From NCBI RefSeq assembly GCF_022539665.2, contig NC_081331.1, forward strand, positions 11,656,001 through 11,720,000: DNA of 64,000 nucleotides, read 5' to 3'. Origin of the DNA: Daphnia carinata (Eukaryota). The notes under the pieces are model-generated. The model searched no databases and was not told where the DNA came from. It worked only from the letters and a program-made list of their open reading frames with translations. Numbering within the stretch: the stretch's first letter is position 1; every line of letters starts with the position of its first letter. Below are positions 25,101 through 40,500 of this stretch, piece by piece. Both the position numbers and the translations under genes were made by a program.

Positions 25101-25686
25101 ATGAAACAACAACAACAACAACAACAGCAACAAGAAATAGGCGCAAAAACGACCATAAACTAAAAAGAAAAAAAACTAAGGTCTACGAGACTGGCGTACA
25201 ATCTCGCTCTCTCCTTCGTTTGCTTTGTAAGAAGTATATATGTATATAAGCTTTCTCTCTAGTATTCCCGCGTTCGCCGTGATGAATGGCGGGCGGGATA
25301 ACTCTCCCGTCTCCTATTTTTTTTTCCCCCCCCACAAGTCTGGCTGTATGTTTTCCTGCGTTTCCCCGTCGTGACTGCATGATCGGAGAATAGAGCATCA
25401 ACATGAATCTTGATAAGGAGAATGACGAGTATAGAAGGCGGAAGGAGAAAAAACCCCAGCCACCCAGCGAAAAACAAAAAAAAAAACAATAAGCCACTCC
25501 ATCATATTCTTTTTTTTTTCTTTTTTTTTCTTCATATATTTATATATTTGTTCTTGAATAGAGCTCCACCTACTTATTTATGCATCTACTTTAGGGAAAC
25601 GGTTGGCCAACCGTGAATCGCTGTCGTCATTTCCCACAAAGATATATTTTATAAGACGAGAGGAAATTTTGCTCTACCCCTTTTTT

Positions 25687-25723
<37 letters not shown>

Positions 25724-27407
25724 CTTTTCCGGCCACGTTTTTATTTTTATTTTTTTTTTTTTTATATGTGCCACTGAACGTTGAGTGACATTGCAGTCGA
25801 ACGACGACGACGACCCTAAATTCCCCATTTTTCCTTTCTTTTTTTTTTTTTTTTTTTTCACCACAATAAAAAAGAAAATGTGAAAAGGGAACCAATTTCA
25901 TCAAAATGGTCGGCAGCAAGTAGTGTACAACTAGCATAAAAAGATATTATAGAGTACGAAAGAAGGGGAGGAGGGGAGGGGATGGTCAATCAAAACAGAT
26001 CCGACTTCATGTCTCTAACCGCTAACCCTTTGGACAAATTGGATGCCATTTCTCATGTTAAGTTGTTGTTTTTATTTGTTGCTGATTCCAGTGGACTGTT
26101 TGCTGCCGGGGACTCCCCTCACGTTATCAAAAAACAAAACAAAAAAACAAATGACTACCTTTACTTATATGTCCACTATCGATATTCACACATCATTTCA
26201 ATGAATGAAATGTTAGTCGATGAGGGTGGGTATCGCTAATGAATTAACTTTGGGAGCCGAAATAAAAAGAAAAAGAGAATTAAAAGAAAAGACTGCAGTT
26301 AAGTAAATGGCTGGAAAAGGGTTCGGCCATCCGTGAGTGATGCCTTTCTCCTCACGCATTCACTTAATGCATGCATAACGAGCCGTAGGACAACGATGGG
26401 GGAAAGGCAAAAAAAAAAAAAAGAAAAGAAAAAAAAGAAAAGAAAATACATAGAGCGGGACTAGAGGAGGGTGAGGCAAATGGTATCACTGACTCTTGTT
26501 AGTTCAGCCACGTTGGCGTTCACGTACACGACGTCTAGCGTCTTCTCTTTTTCTCTCTGACGTCCTCTCTCAACTGTTCCATTTCCTTCTTTTCTTTGGC
26601 GCGAATCAATATCCTCTTGCGTCGGCTGTCACTGACTTTGGTCATTGGCTCTTTTTTCTTTTTCGCTCTTCTGTGTTAGGTAGACGACGACATTCGTCGT
26701 CGCTACGGGGAATTGAAATCGATACACACAGCAGCCCAAAAAGTAGTATGATAGGATACTAGATTCAATTTTTGTTTCTTGTTTTCTATTTTTTTTTTTT
26801 TTTTTTGTCCCAACCATCCACCACTAGGGCGATGTTTGTATTGCATCAAACGAGAGGTAAAAACATAAGGGAGGTCATCAATGCGCAGTGTGCGCGCGCG
26901 CTGCGCAATACGAAGCCAGTCGATTAAGAAATCAAAAGCAATTGAGGGACCAAAGATGATGGGTAGGCAAGCGAAGTGTGACGTCATGACGTCTGTCGAA
27001 GGCCAAAAAAAAAAAAAATAATAATAATAATAATAATAACAAGACGAGCAATCCATACGCAATGGACCATTCAAAAAAAAAAAAACGATCCATTGAGCTG
27101 ATACGTTTTTTTTTTTTTTTCTCATCTCTTTTTTCTTTTTCAATTCGAGGAAGATGTAGCTTGGATATTGATTTCATCTGCTAACCTTTTTCTTTTCTTT
27201 TTTTTTTTTTTTTTTTTTTCTCTTATCCAAGGAACACGTATTACTCGCTTTTTGATGAAAAAGAAGAGAAAAGACGGGCTGGACACGAGGCACAAACAAA
27301 CTGTGCGAGAGCTGCTGCGGCCAGTGATTTTCAATCCGGCAGCGATAAGAGGTCGGTTGAATTCTTCAATAAATGGAGCGGATGGGGGCAAACTCCAAAG
27401 TTTATTG

Positions 27408-27440
<33 letters not shown>

Positions 27441-27633
27441 TGTGAGGTAGTGCAAAGACGAGTTGTTTTTTTGTTTGTTTTTTTTCCTCCCTCACGCGGT
27501 ACACGCAGAGTGTATAGATATCCCTTGTGTTATACAAACACGAACTGCTGGTGCAGCTTGAACAAGAAAACAGAGAGAGAAAGAGAGAAAAGTTGTTACA
27601 TCAGACGAGGAAGAACTTTTTTTTTCGCCCTTT

Positions 27634-27722
<89 letters not shown>

Positions 27723-29372
27723 ATTTTCTTGCCGCGTCATAGAAAACTTTGATTTAATGGCCGCGTAATGTGGTGTACAACTTGTTTCGCAGCAACGCAC
27801 TCTGTGACGTACTGTTAAGGCACACTATTTCATAATCACAATGTTAGATACAATAATAGGAACCCACTTGCGCGCTCCTCCGCCAATTGAGTTGCTGATG
27901 TCGTTCGTGTCTTTTCTTAAAAGACACGAATCTCGACACAGGGAAAAACAAAAAAACAAAACAGGCATCTCATTAGTAATGCGATACGACCGTCATGGAG
28001 ACTGCGATAGTTATGAACCAATGTTGGGGGAAGCCCACCAATTAGTACAACGTCGAAAACCAAGCGCGCTATCAAACGCAAATGTCACATATCAAAATGA
28101 TAATTCAACAACACGGAAAGGAAAAAAAAAAAAAAAAAAAAAAAAAACGAAAATAAAAAGTTCCTGTTTTTATGCGGAAAGAACAAAAAATAGAACACGT
28201 CGACAAAAAAAAAAAAAAATTGTTTTACATTTAAAAAAAAAAAAAAAGGGGGGGAACGAAATCCGTGTGCGTCCGGTGCAATATCAATAAATGTGTAATT
28301 CACATCTTCCTTTCAAAAAAAAAAAAAATAAATAAATAAATTCTTTTTTTTTTTTCGTTGAGGAGATCGTGCGTGTTGTATGGAAAAAAATAATATCGAC
28401 ACATAAAAGGCGGGAAAGCTTTTAGCAGTGCGCCTCATCATTCATCTCTCGGGCTCGTCATCGTAGACATTTTTTTTTTTTTTTTCTTTTTTGGCATGCG
28501 TTCCATGTCTTATTTCTCGGCGACGCTCGTTAAAAAAAAAAAAAAAAAAACGAAGAAGCGTGAAAAAGAAAGCACAGGCTTTTTTGGAATTACTCAATCT
28601 TGGCTAAAGGCTGACCGCATTGAAAACGGCAGAGGAAGCTGATTGTCGGATGATCCGTGTGAGCGTGTGTGTGTGTGTGTGTGTGTGTCCGCACTCGCAT
28701 TGAATCAAGCCACTCGCATCCAATCACCTACGGCCGTATGGCCAGTTTGGCGGAAAAAGAATGGAAGCCCTTCATCATCGTCTTGCGAGTCACGCAAACT
28801 ATGCAAAAATTGATACGAGTGAAAGAAAAACCGCTAGATGCGTTAATGACTAGTCCCCTTTCTATCAAAAGAAAACAAGTTCAATGACTATCCTTGTACG
28901 TTTTCCTGTAATCACAGTCGGCGGTACGCATCTAGAGTTCTGCTAGAGAGTGAACTGACATTCCTTTGTAGAAAAAAATAAGTGGCCAGTCGGCCAGATC
29001 GAGAAAGAGAATTCCGTCAGGTTTGACGTGGCCAAGTTTGCCAAAGGCGAAGCACCGTTCGGTCACACGCCATTCAACACGTCATGCACAGGTGAATGGT
29101 TAAACGCCATCATGTCTCTGTATGTGTCATAGACATCCACACAAAAATTCCAAGCTGTTCTTCCGCATGTTGAAACGTGTTTCCTTATGGCTCACGATAT
29201 TCGTCCCCTTTAGTTGATTGACCTCTGCTGACAAAACACTCAAAAACATCTCGCCATTTAAATCGAAATCATCTGCGGACGATCCTCTGAAACGATCTCG
29301 TCCTTTAAACGTAGACGCGTACGACACATTCGGACGATAAGAAAATGGGGATAGATAGATAAACCAAAAAAA

Positions 29373-29403
<31 letters not shown>

Positions 29404-32400
29404 AAATAAATGAGTATCCTTGATGATGATGCGTTCGACAGCTGAACTCATCCATCATCGGAACAGAAAAAAAAAATAAAATAAATGCGCCTAACTTTCT
29501 GGTTCAAGGTTCTTACTTTCGATGCTTGTCAAATTAACGGACCAACCACGTTATACGGGCTACCACACACTACTTTTGCGCCCTGTTGTATAATCTTCCT
29601 TCGCACACAACAGCGAGACGCTATCCATCAACGGGACTGACGTTGTCTCGCCAGTTTTTCCTTTTAATACGAACACCACAGGAGGGGAGGAAAAGCAAGG
29701 GAGAAAAAAAAACAAAAAACAAATTACGAATTGAAACAAGAAAGAAGTAAAAAACAAAAAAACAAAAAAAAACGTGTACACAAGTTACAATGAAGAGTTG
29801 CCACTGTGCTAGTGGCGATGAAGTAATAAACTCAGCAGGATGTATGTATATACATGTATGTCTATTAGAATATAGGAAAAGGGGGGAGAGGGATTTCCAT
29901 GCAGCAGCGGCGGCCGCGATCATCATCAGCAGTTGTTTTAGCCGCGGTTAATGGTCGCGCCAAAGATAATGAGGCAAAAGAGAGGAAAAGAATAATAAGA
30001 AGAAAAAAAAAAAAAAGAAAAAGAAAAACAATCAGAGAGGAAGAAAGACTTCTAAAAAGAAGGGCACGTAACGAGGAGGATGAAGATTTGTTTTTTGTTT
30101 TGTTTTTTTTTCTTCCATTTTTCAAAATTAACCAGCCCCGTTTTTTTTTCCCGCGGTTGATTAAAGCTCGAGCCAGAGCAGTCACGACTCAGGTTGAACG
30201 TGCGTGAACACCAACGATCTCATTCTTTGTTCTTCTGTTTTTAATCTCTTTTTTTTTTTTTTTTTTTTTTTTTATTCTTCATTTGACGTCGTTTAAATGC
30301 CTTCAATCGACAGCAATTTGATGACACATGAACTCCCGCCGCCCATCCGCAAACATAAAAATCGGTCCATTTTTCCGACAGTACCGCTAGCAGATCCCGG
30401 AAAAATTGAGGAGGGCCAAGACGATATACACGTAATAGAGGAGGTTATGATTGGCAATCAACGGCTACCGTGATTGTTACACACCAGGAAAAAAAAAAAA
30501 GGAGGATAACAGTCACGATCTTATTTTTATAGCTCCCCTCCCGAAATTTCTTTCTGTTGTTGCAGGAAATCAAAAGAGAAAAAGAATTGTGAAGCTATGA
30601 AACAAACAAACATATTTTTCCTTTTTGTTTTGTTTGTTGCGACTGTTAACCGGTAGTCGACGAGAGTCCGCACGTCTACATACGTAATTAACCCCCACTA
30701 CATGCCCAGAAGCCACAGCAACATCAGAAAAAAAAAAAAAAAAAATAAAATAAAATAAAATAAAATCTCTGTAAGATGAAGATTCAAGAAAAAAAAGAAA
30801 ACGAAATAATTTTGTTTTCTTTCTTTCAACTCAGGGAAAAGGTTCTTTCTTTTTTTTTTTTTTCTTCATATGCCCTAAAGAAAATATAAAATATAAAACC
30901 GTTTTTTTTTTGTTTTTTTTTCTTCGGAGAAGAAAGAAGGTCGTGACTTTGAAAAAGGAAGAGGAGCATTGCTCAGATAATTTGGCCAGGTATACGCTCA
31001 TTTAACTTTGGTCGCCCCCTAGAAGAAGTCCGTGGCGTGTGCGTGTTAGCCACCAAAACGCACGGCATGTGTGTTTGCGCCAGTTATTCTTTTTTTTTTT
31101 TTTTTCAAACTCGTTCTTTTCATTCGGGATGCCATCTACCTTTACATACGAAATAAGGTAACAACACCCAGAAGCCATTTTTTTTTTTTTTTCTTTCTGA
31201 CCTCTCGTACGAGGAGATGATTTTTAAAGAAAAAAAAAAAAAAAAAGTAGACGCAATTACGGAAAAGCCTCTGAGTGTTGTGTCTCGCGAGCTGTGGCTG
31301 AAGGGCAACTCCTCCTCTTCCATGAGAGTCGAAAACGATTCATTATTACCGTAATCATTGCTGCTCTCTATCCCCCCCCCTCTCTCTCAGTTCCAGTCGA
31401 GAAAAAAAAAAAAAAAAAAAAAAAAAAAATAAATATTTATCGAAGAGAAAGAAGCCAAACCAATCCAATTCACGTGAATCGAGTCTTTGGCTTTTTGATG
31501 GGATCGCGGCAAACAAAATTCCTCACCAACGGAATTCATTTCTATCGCGATCTCGTTATCATCTTTGAGTCGTCCTTCGTTTTTGAAAACCGTTCAAGTT
31601 ATTTCACAGTTAAAAAGGGGGGGAGGGGAATGAAAAAAAAAAAAAAAAAAAAAAAAAGAGTCGGTACAAATCCGTAACAATCCGCGGGATTTCGGGCCAC
31701 CTGTTACGCACACACTGCGCAAACGGGCCGGCTTTGTTCTTTTCTTTATTTTTTTTTTTTAAAGCGAGTGTGTAAATGGATCGCTCGCTTCTCGCCATCA
31801 CGTAAAAGTTCTGGCACATCCTCTCGAAAAAGAAAAAAAAAAAAAAAAAAAAAAAATAGGCAACTGACTCGTCTCATTTCAACCGACATCTTTTCTTCTA
31901 AAAAAAAAAAACACGGGCGGTCTGGTGTGTGTCGGGACTGTTGAACGCACGTGCGTAACTGCCAGCACACACACATGCGAGACGTGAAACAGAGGTCAAA
32001 GAAAGAGAGGCAGCCCTCAATTCATTTGGCAGCTGTCGGTGACCCGATGAAACATACTGGCTGTCTTTATTTTTTTAACAGACAACGGAAACGCAGTGTC
32101 TATTCGGTTTCGATTAACATTTCAAAGAAGAAGGGGAAAAAAAATTTTAAAAAAAGAATTCAATGGCTAATGAGTGCACCATGGTGGCGCGAGATGGTGG
32201 ATTTTGAGATGATGGGAAATCATCTCGTATGTGTTGTAGAGGATATACTTTTGATTTTTCTCCTTAACATCTTTGCCTTCTCTCCTGTCTTCATCCGTCT
32301 TCTTTCCCACGGTTCGAGTCGAGGGTGAGCTTGAAATTTGATGAGTTCCCTTCTTTCTTTTTTTTTTTTGAATGCTACGATACTCCTACTGCATGTACGT

Positions 32401-34523
32401 GGTGTGTGTGTGTGTGTGTGTGTATGTAGAAAGACAACACGGTACAACTATCTCGCACACATCCACGCATCCCGCATGCAGCTGTGCGCGTCCCCCGCTT
32501 GGCTACCAACCATCAGCACAAGAAGGGAAGAAGTCCCGGTCCTTTCTACAAGCCCTCCGAACAACATCTCCTCTTTCATTTTTTTTTTTTTTTTTGAGAG
32601 TTTTGGGCTTCGTATTAGAGACTTGACATATGCTGGCCATTTGCAAAGCCTAAAAAGAATAAACTTTGTTTTTTTTTCTTCTCATCAATTTTGGTGTTCC
32701 AGTCGCGCCTATTCTCATCTTTGTTTACGACTGGGGTAATCATCCACCAAGGACGGACCGTACTTCTTTTTGTTGTTGTTGTTGATTTTTTTTTTTTTTT
32801 TTTTTTTAAAGAATACGGATGGAATAGAAATAAAAATTTCAGAAATATGGATCCTAGGTGGTTGGCTTTTTGCTGGTGTAACTCGTCATTTAAACAAGTC
32901 TTAGCCCTAAGGAGGAATTGCTTTCTGGACAGTTTCTTTTTTCTTTCTTTTTTTTTTTTTTCTATCCCTTCGTCCGTTTTCAAGTTGAAAAAAGGAAAAA
33001 AAAAAAAAAAAAAAAAAAAAAAAGTGTGAGAAGTGTAGTGTGATATTCTGAGAGTTGTTGCTCACGTCATTTAACCGAGCGGCGTGAGTTTTTGAAAGTC
33101 ACGGCTCGACGGTTTTATTGGAACCTTTTCACGAGGAGCGTCAAGGGTTATTTTTATATTTTTCTTTCACCGTCCACACATTTTTTTTTCTTTTTTTTCT
33201 GGAAATGTTAACGTGGCCGAAAAAAAAAAAAAAAATCTTTCGGGGGGTTAATTTTCGGGAAAACGTTTACGACTTTGAGTAAGCAAAACTCATGATCGCT
33301 AGCAGACATTTCTACCTTTTTTAGCTAAACTGGTGTCGTCGAGGCCAGTCATAAAAAAAAAAAAAAAAAAGGAAAAAGACATTGAACTAAAAGATCACTA
33401 AAGTTGACAAAAGATCTCTTTTCTTTTTGAGATTTAACGATCGCTGGAAATAGCAAAAAAAAAAAAAAAAAAAAAAAAAGCCACACACAAAAAAATAAAT
33501 GGTATTTTGTAAAAATGCGCGCGCCATTAATACGATAGACGAAAAAATTGGAAGACGAGCGAAAAAAAAAAAAAGAGAGAGAGAGAGAGCATATCCGGTG
33601 GTTTGCAAGACACAGCTGGTTTGGATCATTGAGGATGACGGACGACCGCAAAAGGCCAACGGGTCCACTAAGAAGAAGAAGAAGAAGAAGGGGGGGGGGG
33701 GGGGGGCCAACAGGTTGCGACCAGACATTGGAAAGAGGAAAAGTTCAAGTGTCAACCACTTTCTGCCTTCCGCAATCAAGAGAGAATGAGGATGAGGGAG
33801 TTTTTAAAAAAAAAAAAAAAAAAAAATTACAAGTTGATCTTTGGTAGGACATTTTTGTCCTGAAAAAGACACTGTACAATCGAGGAGGAATGACCCGTCT
33901 CAACTTTCTTTTCAAACCGTTTGTCTTTAATGGTAGCAAATAAAAAAAAAAAAAAAAAAGGAACGAACATGTGCACCCAATATGACGCACCCCGTGTCGT
34001 TTCTATGGCAACAAGTGGGCCGTCAACGAGGGGGAGAAGCTGCCGGACAAGCTGGGGAAAAAAGAAATAATATTCAATAACACAAACGCTAGCCATTTCT
34101 TTTTCATATGGCCGAACAGAACAGGACCGGAACTCGTTACCCTGCGAGCAATTTGACAGGAGGTAAAAGAAAAAAAAAAAACATTCGAAAATGATGGCAA
34201 TGAATTCCACGCTAGCAAAAGTGTCAAAAAATTACACGAAACCCTGCCCCTTGAAAACACAAAAACAAAAAAAAAAAAAAAAAAAAAAAATGAACTAAAA
34301 GACGAAGAAGAAGAACGACGACAAGAGTCATCCTGCTGTTAATACTACGCGCGGGTCATGGCAACCTTCGGAACAGGTGAACGACTCATTTCCGCTCACT
34401 CTTTCTTTCTCATTCTCTTGGAAGAAAATAAAAACAAGAGAGAGAGAGCGGGATCACACGCTGTCGCGCGCAGTTCAACCGCAGCTACCGGATAAAGAAA
34501 TAAGACAAGGAGAGAGTTTTCTT

Positions 34524-34557
<34 letters not shown>

Positions 34558-37500
34558 GTTGTGCGTATAAATTTGGAAGAGTAAAAAAGAAACAAAGAAG
34601 TTGCCCTTCATGTTACGCCCCGTTCCACAGACTATATCTCAACCCACCCCAAGTCCAAGGCAACATCACGCGACGACCCCGTTGCTAGGGGGTCACGCGG
34701 GACTTGCTTTTTGGTGGAAGAAGGGCCAAGGTTACATTAGACATCTATAGGTAACACTACGCTACAACTGCACACCTATCAAATAGAGGGAAAAAAAAAT
34801 GAGAAAAGAAAGACAGGAAAGACGACATTACACACGACAAAGATGACCCCTCCCCTCCCTCTCCTCCTACCCTATAATACCAAGTCTTCCCATCTTTTGA
34901 TTTGATTTCTCATTTTAGGGTCCCCAAATCGAGTGTTTTATGGAACACAAGGAATCTGGGAATAGGAACGATATCGTCAAACGAAGACGTACGTGCGTTA
35001 TAGGACGAACCCCCAAAAAGATAAATTAAGAGATACGTTCCCCCCCCCCCACCTTCGCTTTTCAACACCCAACAACCCCAGGTGATTTCAATCTCTTTTC
35101 GTGTGTTGAAAGAAAGGAGACAAGTTGAAAGGTGAGCCCTAGAAAGAGAGGGGGGGTGACGAGAGATGTGAATCTACACGATTTTTTCCCACACGAAAGT
35201 AACTTCCGTCATTCAATTTTTTTTTTTTTCCAAAACAAGAGAAAATGAAAACTCCATCAAATTGGTTACTAAAAAAAAAAAAAAAAAAAAAATCAATATC
35301 GATCGTATAGGGCGAATCGGATACGCCCTACAGCTGCAGGAAGTCTATACACGTTCACGCTCTTTCTTTTTTTTTTTTTTTTCCTACCCGTATGATTACC
35401 CAACGGACATCGAAGAAAAAAAAAAAATAAAATAGAGAAAACCAAACAAACAGATCTGCTGGTGCCAACATATTACATGGATTCTCTCCAGTGTGACATT
35501 GATATTGTTTATAGACCAAAACATTTCGGAAAGAAAAAAGGGGGCCAGGTTGTGCAATCCTCTGTGGAGGAGAGACTGAAGAAAATGACGATCGCATGAC
35601 CCATCCACCACACCTTTGGGAAGAAGAGGGGCCAGCTCACTCTCTAGCATCTCTATTACGTACCCAAAAGAGAGAAGGAAAGAAAAAAAAAAAAAAAAAA
35701 AAAAAAAAATTCTGGAAATACGAGAAGCGTCTTTAGCATTACACATATGATATAACTAAGACTTTTTATTTTCTTTTGTTATAGTGGCTGAAGTGTCTTG
35801 GATCAAGAAAGCGGAGAAGGTCCCCCCCCCCCCCCCCTCAAGTTCTATGCTTCTCTTTTCGCCGCATCGAGGGCCATACGTACGGACGCTAAAGGGAAAG
35901 TCATTGGCTAATACTTTGTATTTTATTATTAGATAAGGTGAAAGGAATGAGATGAAGTAAAGATGCGGGCTTCGACCTTTTTTCTTTTATTCTGGCAATT
36001 CCTTTGACTTTAAGGAGAGAAGAAAAAAAAAAGGAAAACGAAAAAATCCGACACCAAGAGGACGCTCGTGTGAATGCCCCATCCGGCAAAAGGGGATGGT
36101 CATTTGACACGGCAATACGGGTCCTATCTGTCCGTCTTTTTCTTTCTTTTTTTTTTTATTGCTTCATCATTTAAAAAGAAAGACACGTACAAAAAGGGAA
36201 TGAATGCTCATACAAGTAAAAGGCAATAATGGTTTAACTTAAGAGCTGATAACCAGTTCATGCTGGCCGTTTTGTCAAGTCGCAAAAAGAACCAGATTCA
36301 AACAGCCATTATTTATGTTCAACCATTTTTTTGTTTTAGAATTACCAAATTGTTTTTCTCTAAAGCAGGAAAAAAAAAATCAAAATCGAAGAAAAAAAAA
36401 AAACAACACGAAAACCTCCCAAAAAAAGGAGGAAACGGCAATCAAATGTGAACAACAAAAAAAAAAAAAAATAAGGAAAATAATAAAATGAAATTGCTTA
36501 AAGCCCTCCGGTCAATTCATTATAAACTTTTTTTTTTTTTTTTTTTTATAGCCGACCAGAGGAAGCCCAAGCAGATAAGAGACAGAGGTAGCCGGAGTTG
36601 AGCGGAAGTCTTGCTCCGCTCATTAGAAGCTATTTAACTGCCCGTTTATAAATATATTTATTTTCATTTTATTTGAAAGGAAAAAAAAAAAAAAAAGAAT
36701 TCCAACAAACACACACGAAAAAAAAAAATATATATATAAGGAAAAAAGAAAAATGATTTCACTATTTTAATTTATAATCTTACGAGACGGTCGTCATGCC
36801 TTGTGACATGAAAAAAAAAAAAAAGAGAAATAAAATATACATGTACGATATTCATCTCTTTCTTCTTTCTTCTTCCCCTCACCGTTTTTCCCTGAGATTC
36901 CGAGTCGACTTGCTTTATTGTCCAAAAGATCCCAACAGAGGAGCTTCTAACCCTTTTATTTTATTTTTTACTTATCAAATCTCCCGATAAAAATGTTCCT
37001 TTTTTTTTTTCCGGTAGTGGAACACACGTTGCCGCCACATTCCAGTCGAAAATCCATCAACGGCTGGGAGAAAAAAAAAAAAAAAAAAAAGGACCGCAAA
37101 GTGCACACGCAGACAAAACAAAAATGGCTGTCGAAATGTTGAAAATGCGCCTCGGAATAGTGTGGTATTTTAGCAACGTCTAAAATTATTATCGAAAGAG
37201 AAAAAGAAATGTGTTGATCCCCCTATTTTTTTTTGTGTGTGTGTCTGTGTTCCAGTAGTTGTCAATCGACAACTATTTTTTTTTTTTCTTCTTTCCCTTG
37301 AGCTGCACAACATCGACCCCCCCTTTTTTTTTTTTTCCTTTCTCAAACAGATAAAACATTCCATCGGTGGAACGCCTCCGGTTCGGACGAGAATCTTCAT
37401 CCGGACCCAACCCAAACCCAACTGGATTTCCAAATTTTTATTTCATTTTTTTTTTTTTCTTTTCTCTTTAGTTAAACAAACCAGAACGATAATGGGAGAA

Positions 37501-40500
37501 GCCATTTCTTTGTTAATGTGTACGTATTTGTCCTGCCGTTTCTCAAACGATCCGCGCAATCCATCGAGAAAAATAGGGACAATGTAAAAAAAAACAAAAA
37601 TAAATAAATAAAACGAGCTAAAAGATGCGGCAATAAAAAAAAATATAAGAAATCAACACGTAGAGAATCCAATAGGATCGACACGACAGGCATTTTCCCT
37701 TGGCCACTCACGCTAAATCCCCCCCCCCCCCCGTCTGCTAAACTTGCAGGCCCTTTTATAAGTGCTACGATCGCCCTTGTGAGCAGGGACGTTAGCGTGG
37801 GAAAACTCAAAGCTTTTTCGAGTAAAAAACTAAAGGGGGGGGGGGGGGGGGGGGAATAAAAGAAACCAGTCGGTGCCGAATTCAGCCGGACCGATGGTGG
37901 TGTCATGTGTACAGGCGGACACGGGAAAGTTCAAGTTAAAAAGACACGGGAAAAAAAAAAAAAACATTACAACTATCCAGGTGTGTAACGTAAGAAAATA
38001 CGAAAGAGTTTCGTTTGTTAATTGGATTTTGAAAAAAAAAAATAAAATAAAATACAAAGTTCCATTCTGCTTGCCTATTTTTTTTTTTTTTTTAATTCGT
38101 GTGTGTGTGTGTGTGTGTGTGTGCGTGTGTTGCCAGGCGATAGGACTTTTTGTTTAGATATTGATTTAGCGATTCATGGCGAGTCGCGCAATTGTCATCT
38201 GCTTTCGTTCCAGTTCCGGCCCGCAAAAACTGTTTGTGTATCCCTCAGGTGTACGTCGGTTGTCAGGGCGTGTAAAGACGCCGAAAAGTTTGTTGCTGTT
38301 GGCGTGTCAACGCTATTTTCTTTTTTAAAGGCATTTCTACTTTTTCCCACAGAACAAAACATAAATCGCCATGTTTTTGTGATTGTTTTTTTTTTCTTTT
38401 ACATGGCTTCACTAGAATTTTTGAAAAGAAAAAACCTTGTCGAAATAAACGTAAACTGTCTGTCTTTAATTGACATCAACAAATCATCAAGGCTGTCCAT
38501 CAAATTTTACACGGAGGGAGAAAAAAAAAAAGAAGAAATGATTAAATTTATCCTTAAATTGGAAATGGAGGACTGGTGATGGACGTCAACAAATTCTGAA
38601 TTTCATTTCGTTTACAACAACAACAAAAAAAAATCAAATAAAAAAGGGACAATGTTATCTCAAAAATGTTGGCATTTATCTCTTAATTGGTAAACAAATG
38701 AAATTTAAAAGTTTGTTTTTTCCTTTTTTTTTTTTTTTTTTTTTTTCTCGAATGGACAGGGGATTCGGTAAATCCCGTTTGTTGAGGACGTCATTTTGCC
38801 GGTGCTACACACGCGAAATCTCGTACGCGGCTAAACCTTTTCCCTCCGACAGAAAAGACAAAGTGTTTCTAGCGTGTACGCGCACTTGTCGTGTTTCACG
38901 AATCGTACGTTAACGGACTCGCAGCTAAGTCCCGTCCAAATTGAAACGAAATCATTTCTCGCTTTCCAATTGAGCGCGTGTGACAAGCAAATAACTTTTG
39001 TTCAAAGAGTCACGTTGACGCATTGATTTTTATTTTTCTTTTTTTACAGTTCGAAAAGAAAAAAAAAAAGGTTTTTCTTTTGAATATATTTAACTACGTC
39101 GTTGTTTATTATTATTTATTCAATTTTTCTTTTTTTGGCCGGCCAAATGTCGAAGGAAACGACAACATCAAAAAGACGATCGGAAAAGGCTGTCCGCGTA
39201 TATATTTAAAAAAAAAAAAAAAGGAAGAAATTCACGACCGACTAATAAAAAAATAACACGGCACCATCGAACGATACAAACACGCAACGAAAAAAAAAAA
39301 AATAATAATAAAAATAGAAGAAGAAGACGAAAATGGACGAAAGGCGAATGGATAGGTCTCTCGCTCTCTCGCTCTCTTCGACCGTAAAGGACACGGGCTA
39401 TACAAACAGAAACCATCCGCACTGCGGAGACGTATTACGCGCGTTTGAATAAAAAAAGAAGTCACACAACCCGATCCTTTTTCTTTTCTCCTTTTCGTAT
39501 ATACGTGATATTTATTTAAAAGTCGAACTATAGAGAGGGGGAGAGAGAGAGAGAGCAAAAGCCACACACACACACACACACACGCAGACATTTTTTTGTA
39601 CGGGTTTTGTTTCTTCTTGGTGGGATTTTCAGAGAGAGAGAGAGAGAGAAAGAGATCGGTAGGAAATGATTATGTCACAAATGGTGGTTACAGTCGCTTG
39701 GGGTAGTGGTATCTCAAAGTTATTTCTCTCCCCACCCCCTCCATGTCTGGGTATTTTTTTTTTTTTTGTTTGTTTGTTTCCCTTTTAAAAAAATAAAATC
39801 TGGCTGATACATTTAACAGATAAAATTGTTTTCTGTGTAAATGTTCCGAGTTTCTTTCCTTTTTTTTTATTTTTTATCTTCGTTTCGTGAGTTTTGTTCC
39901 ATCGATCTCTTTGGGAGTTCTTGGGTCCGCTACTGGATAATATTAAGGGAAAAAAAAAATGGTCAAGAGCGGCGGGATGCTATTAAAAGAAATAAACCCC
40001 CTCGGAAAAAAAGGGGGAAACAGAAAAAAAAAAAAAAAGACGAGAGAAAAATGACAACCCCCCACACACACACAACGGTTGCGACTCTCTCTTGTGGGGT
40101 AAACGGCCATTTTGAAATCGAAAAATAGCAACAAAAGAATCACGGCGGGGGATATTACAGTTGTTTAATGTTTTCAAGTGAAAAAGAAAAAGAAAAAAAA
40201 GCACGCGACTCGAAGAGATGCGGGAGGTATAGAGCGCATTTCTAAAAAAAGAAAAGACGTGGGCCCAGGCCTTTTTTTTTTTTTTTATTATTATTATTAT
40301 TCCACCCTTAAATGACACACAAGCAGACAAGGGTATTAACATCTTTCGTGATTCCCTTTTTGAACTTGTACGATCCCGCATGGAGAAGAAATCAAGAATC
40401 GATTGTTTGTACGCACTAAAAGGAAAAAAAAAGTGCTTTGAAGTCCCCTCCTCGCCTTATCCGATAACCTCCCAAGAAAAGAATACGATTTTAAATCGCA

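Noticed and set aside
34669..35330. Short hairpins (near 34669-34698 and 35308-35330) as possible pre-miRNAs
   Set aside because: Stems of only ~7-10 bp, too short for a Drosha/Dicer substrate.
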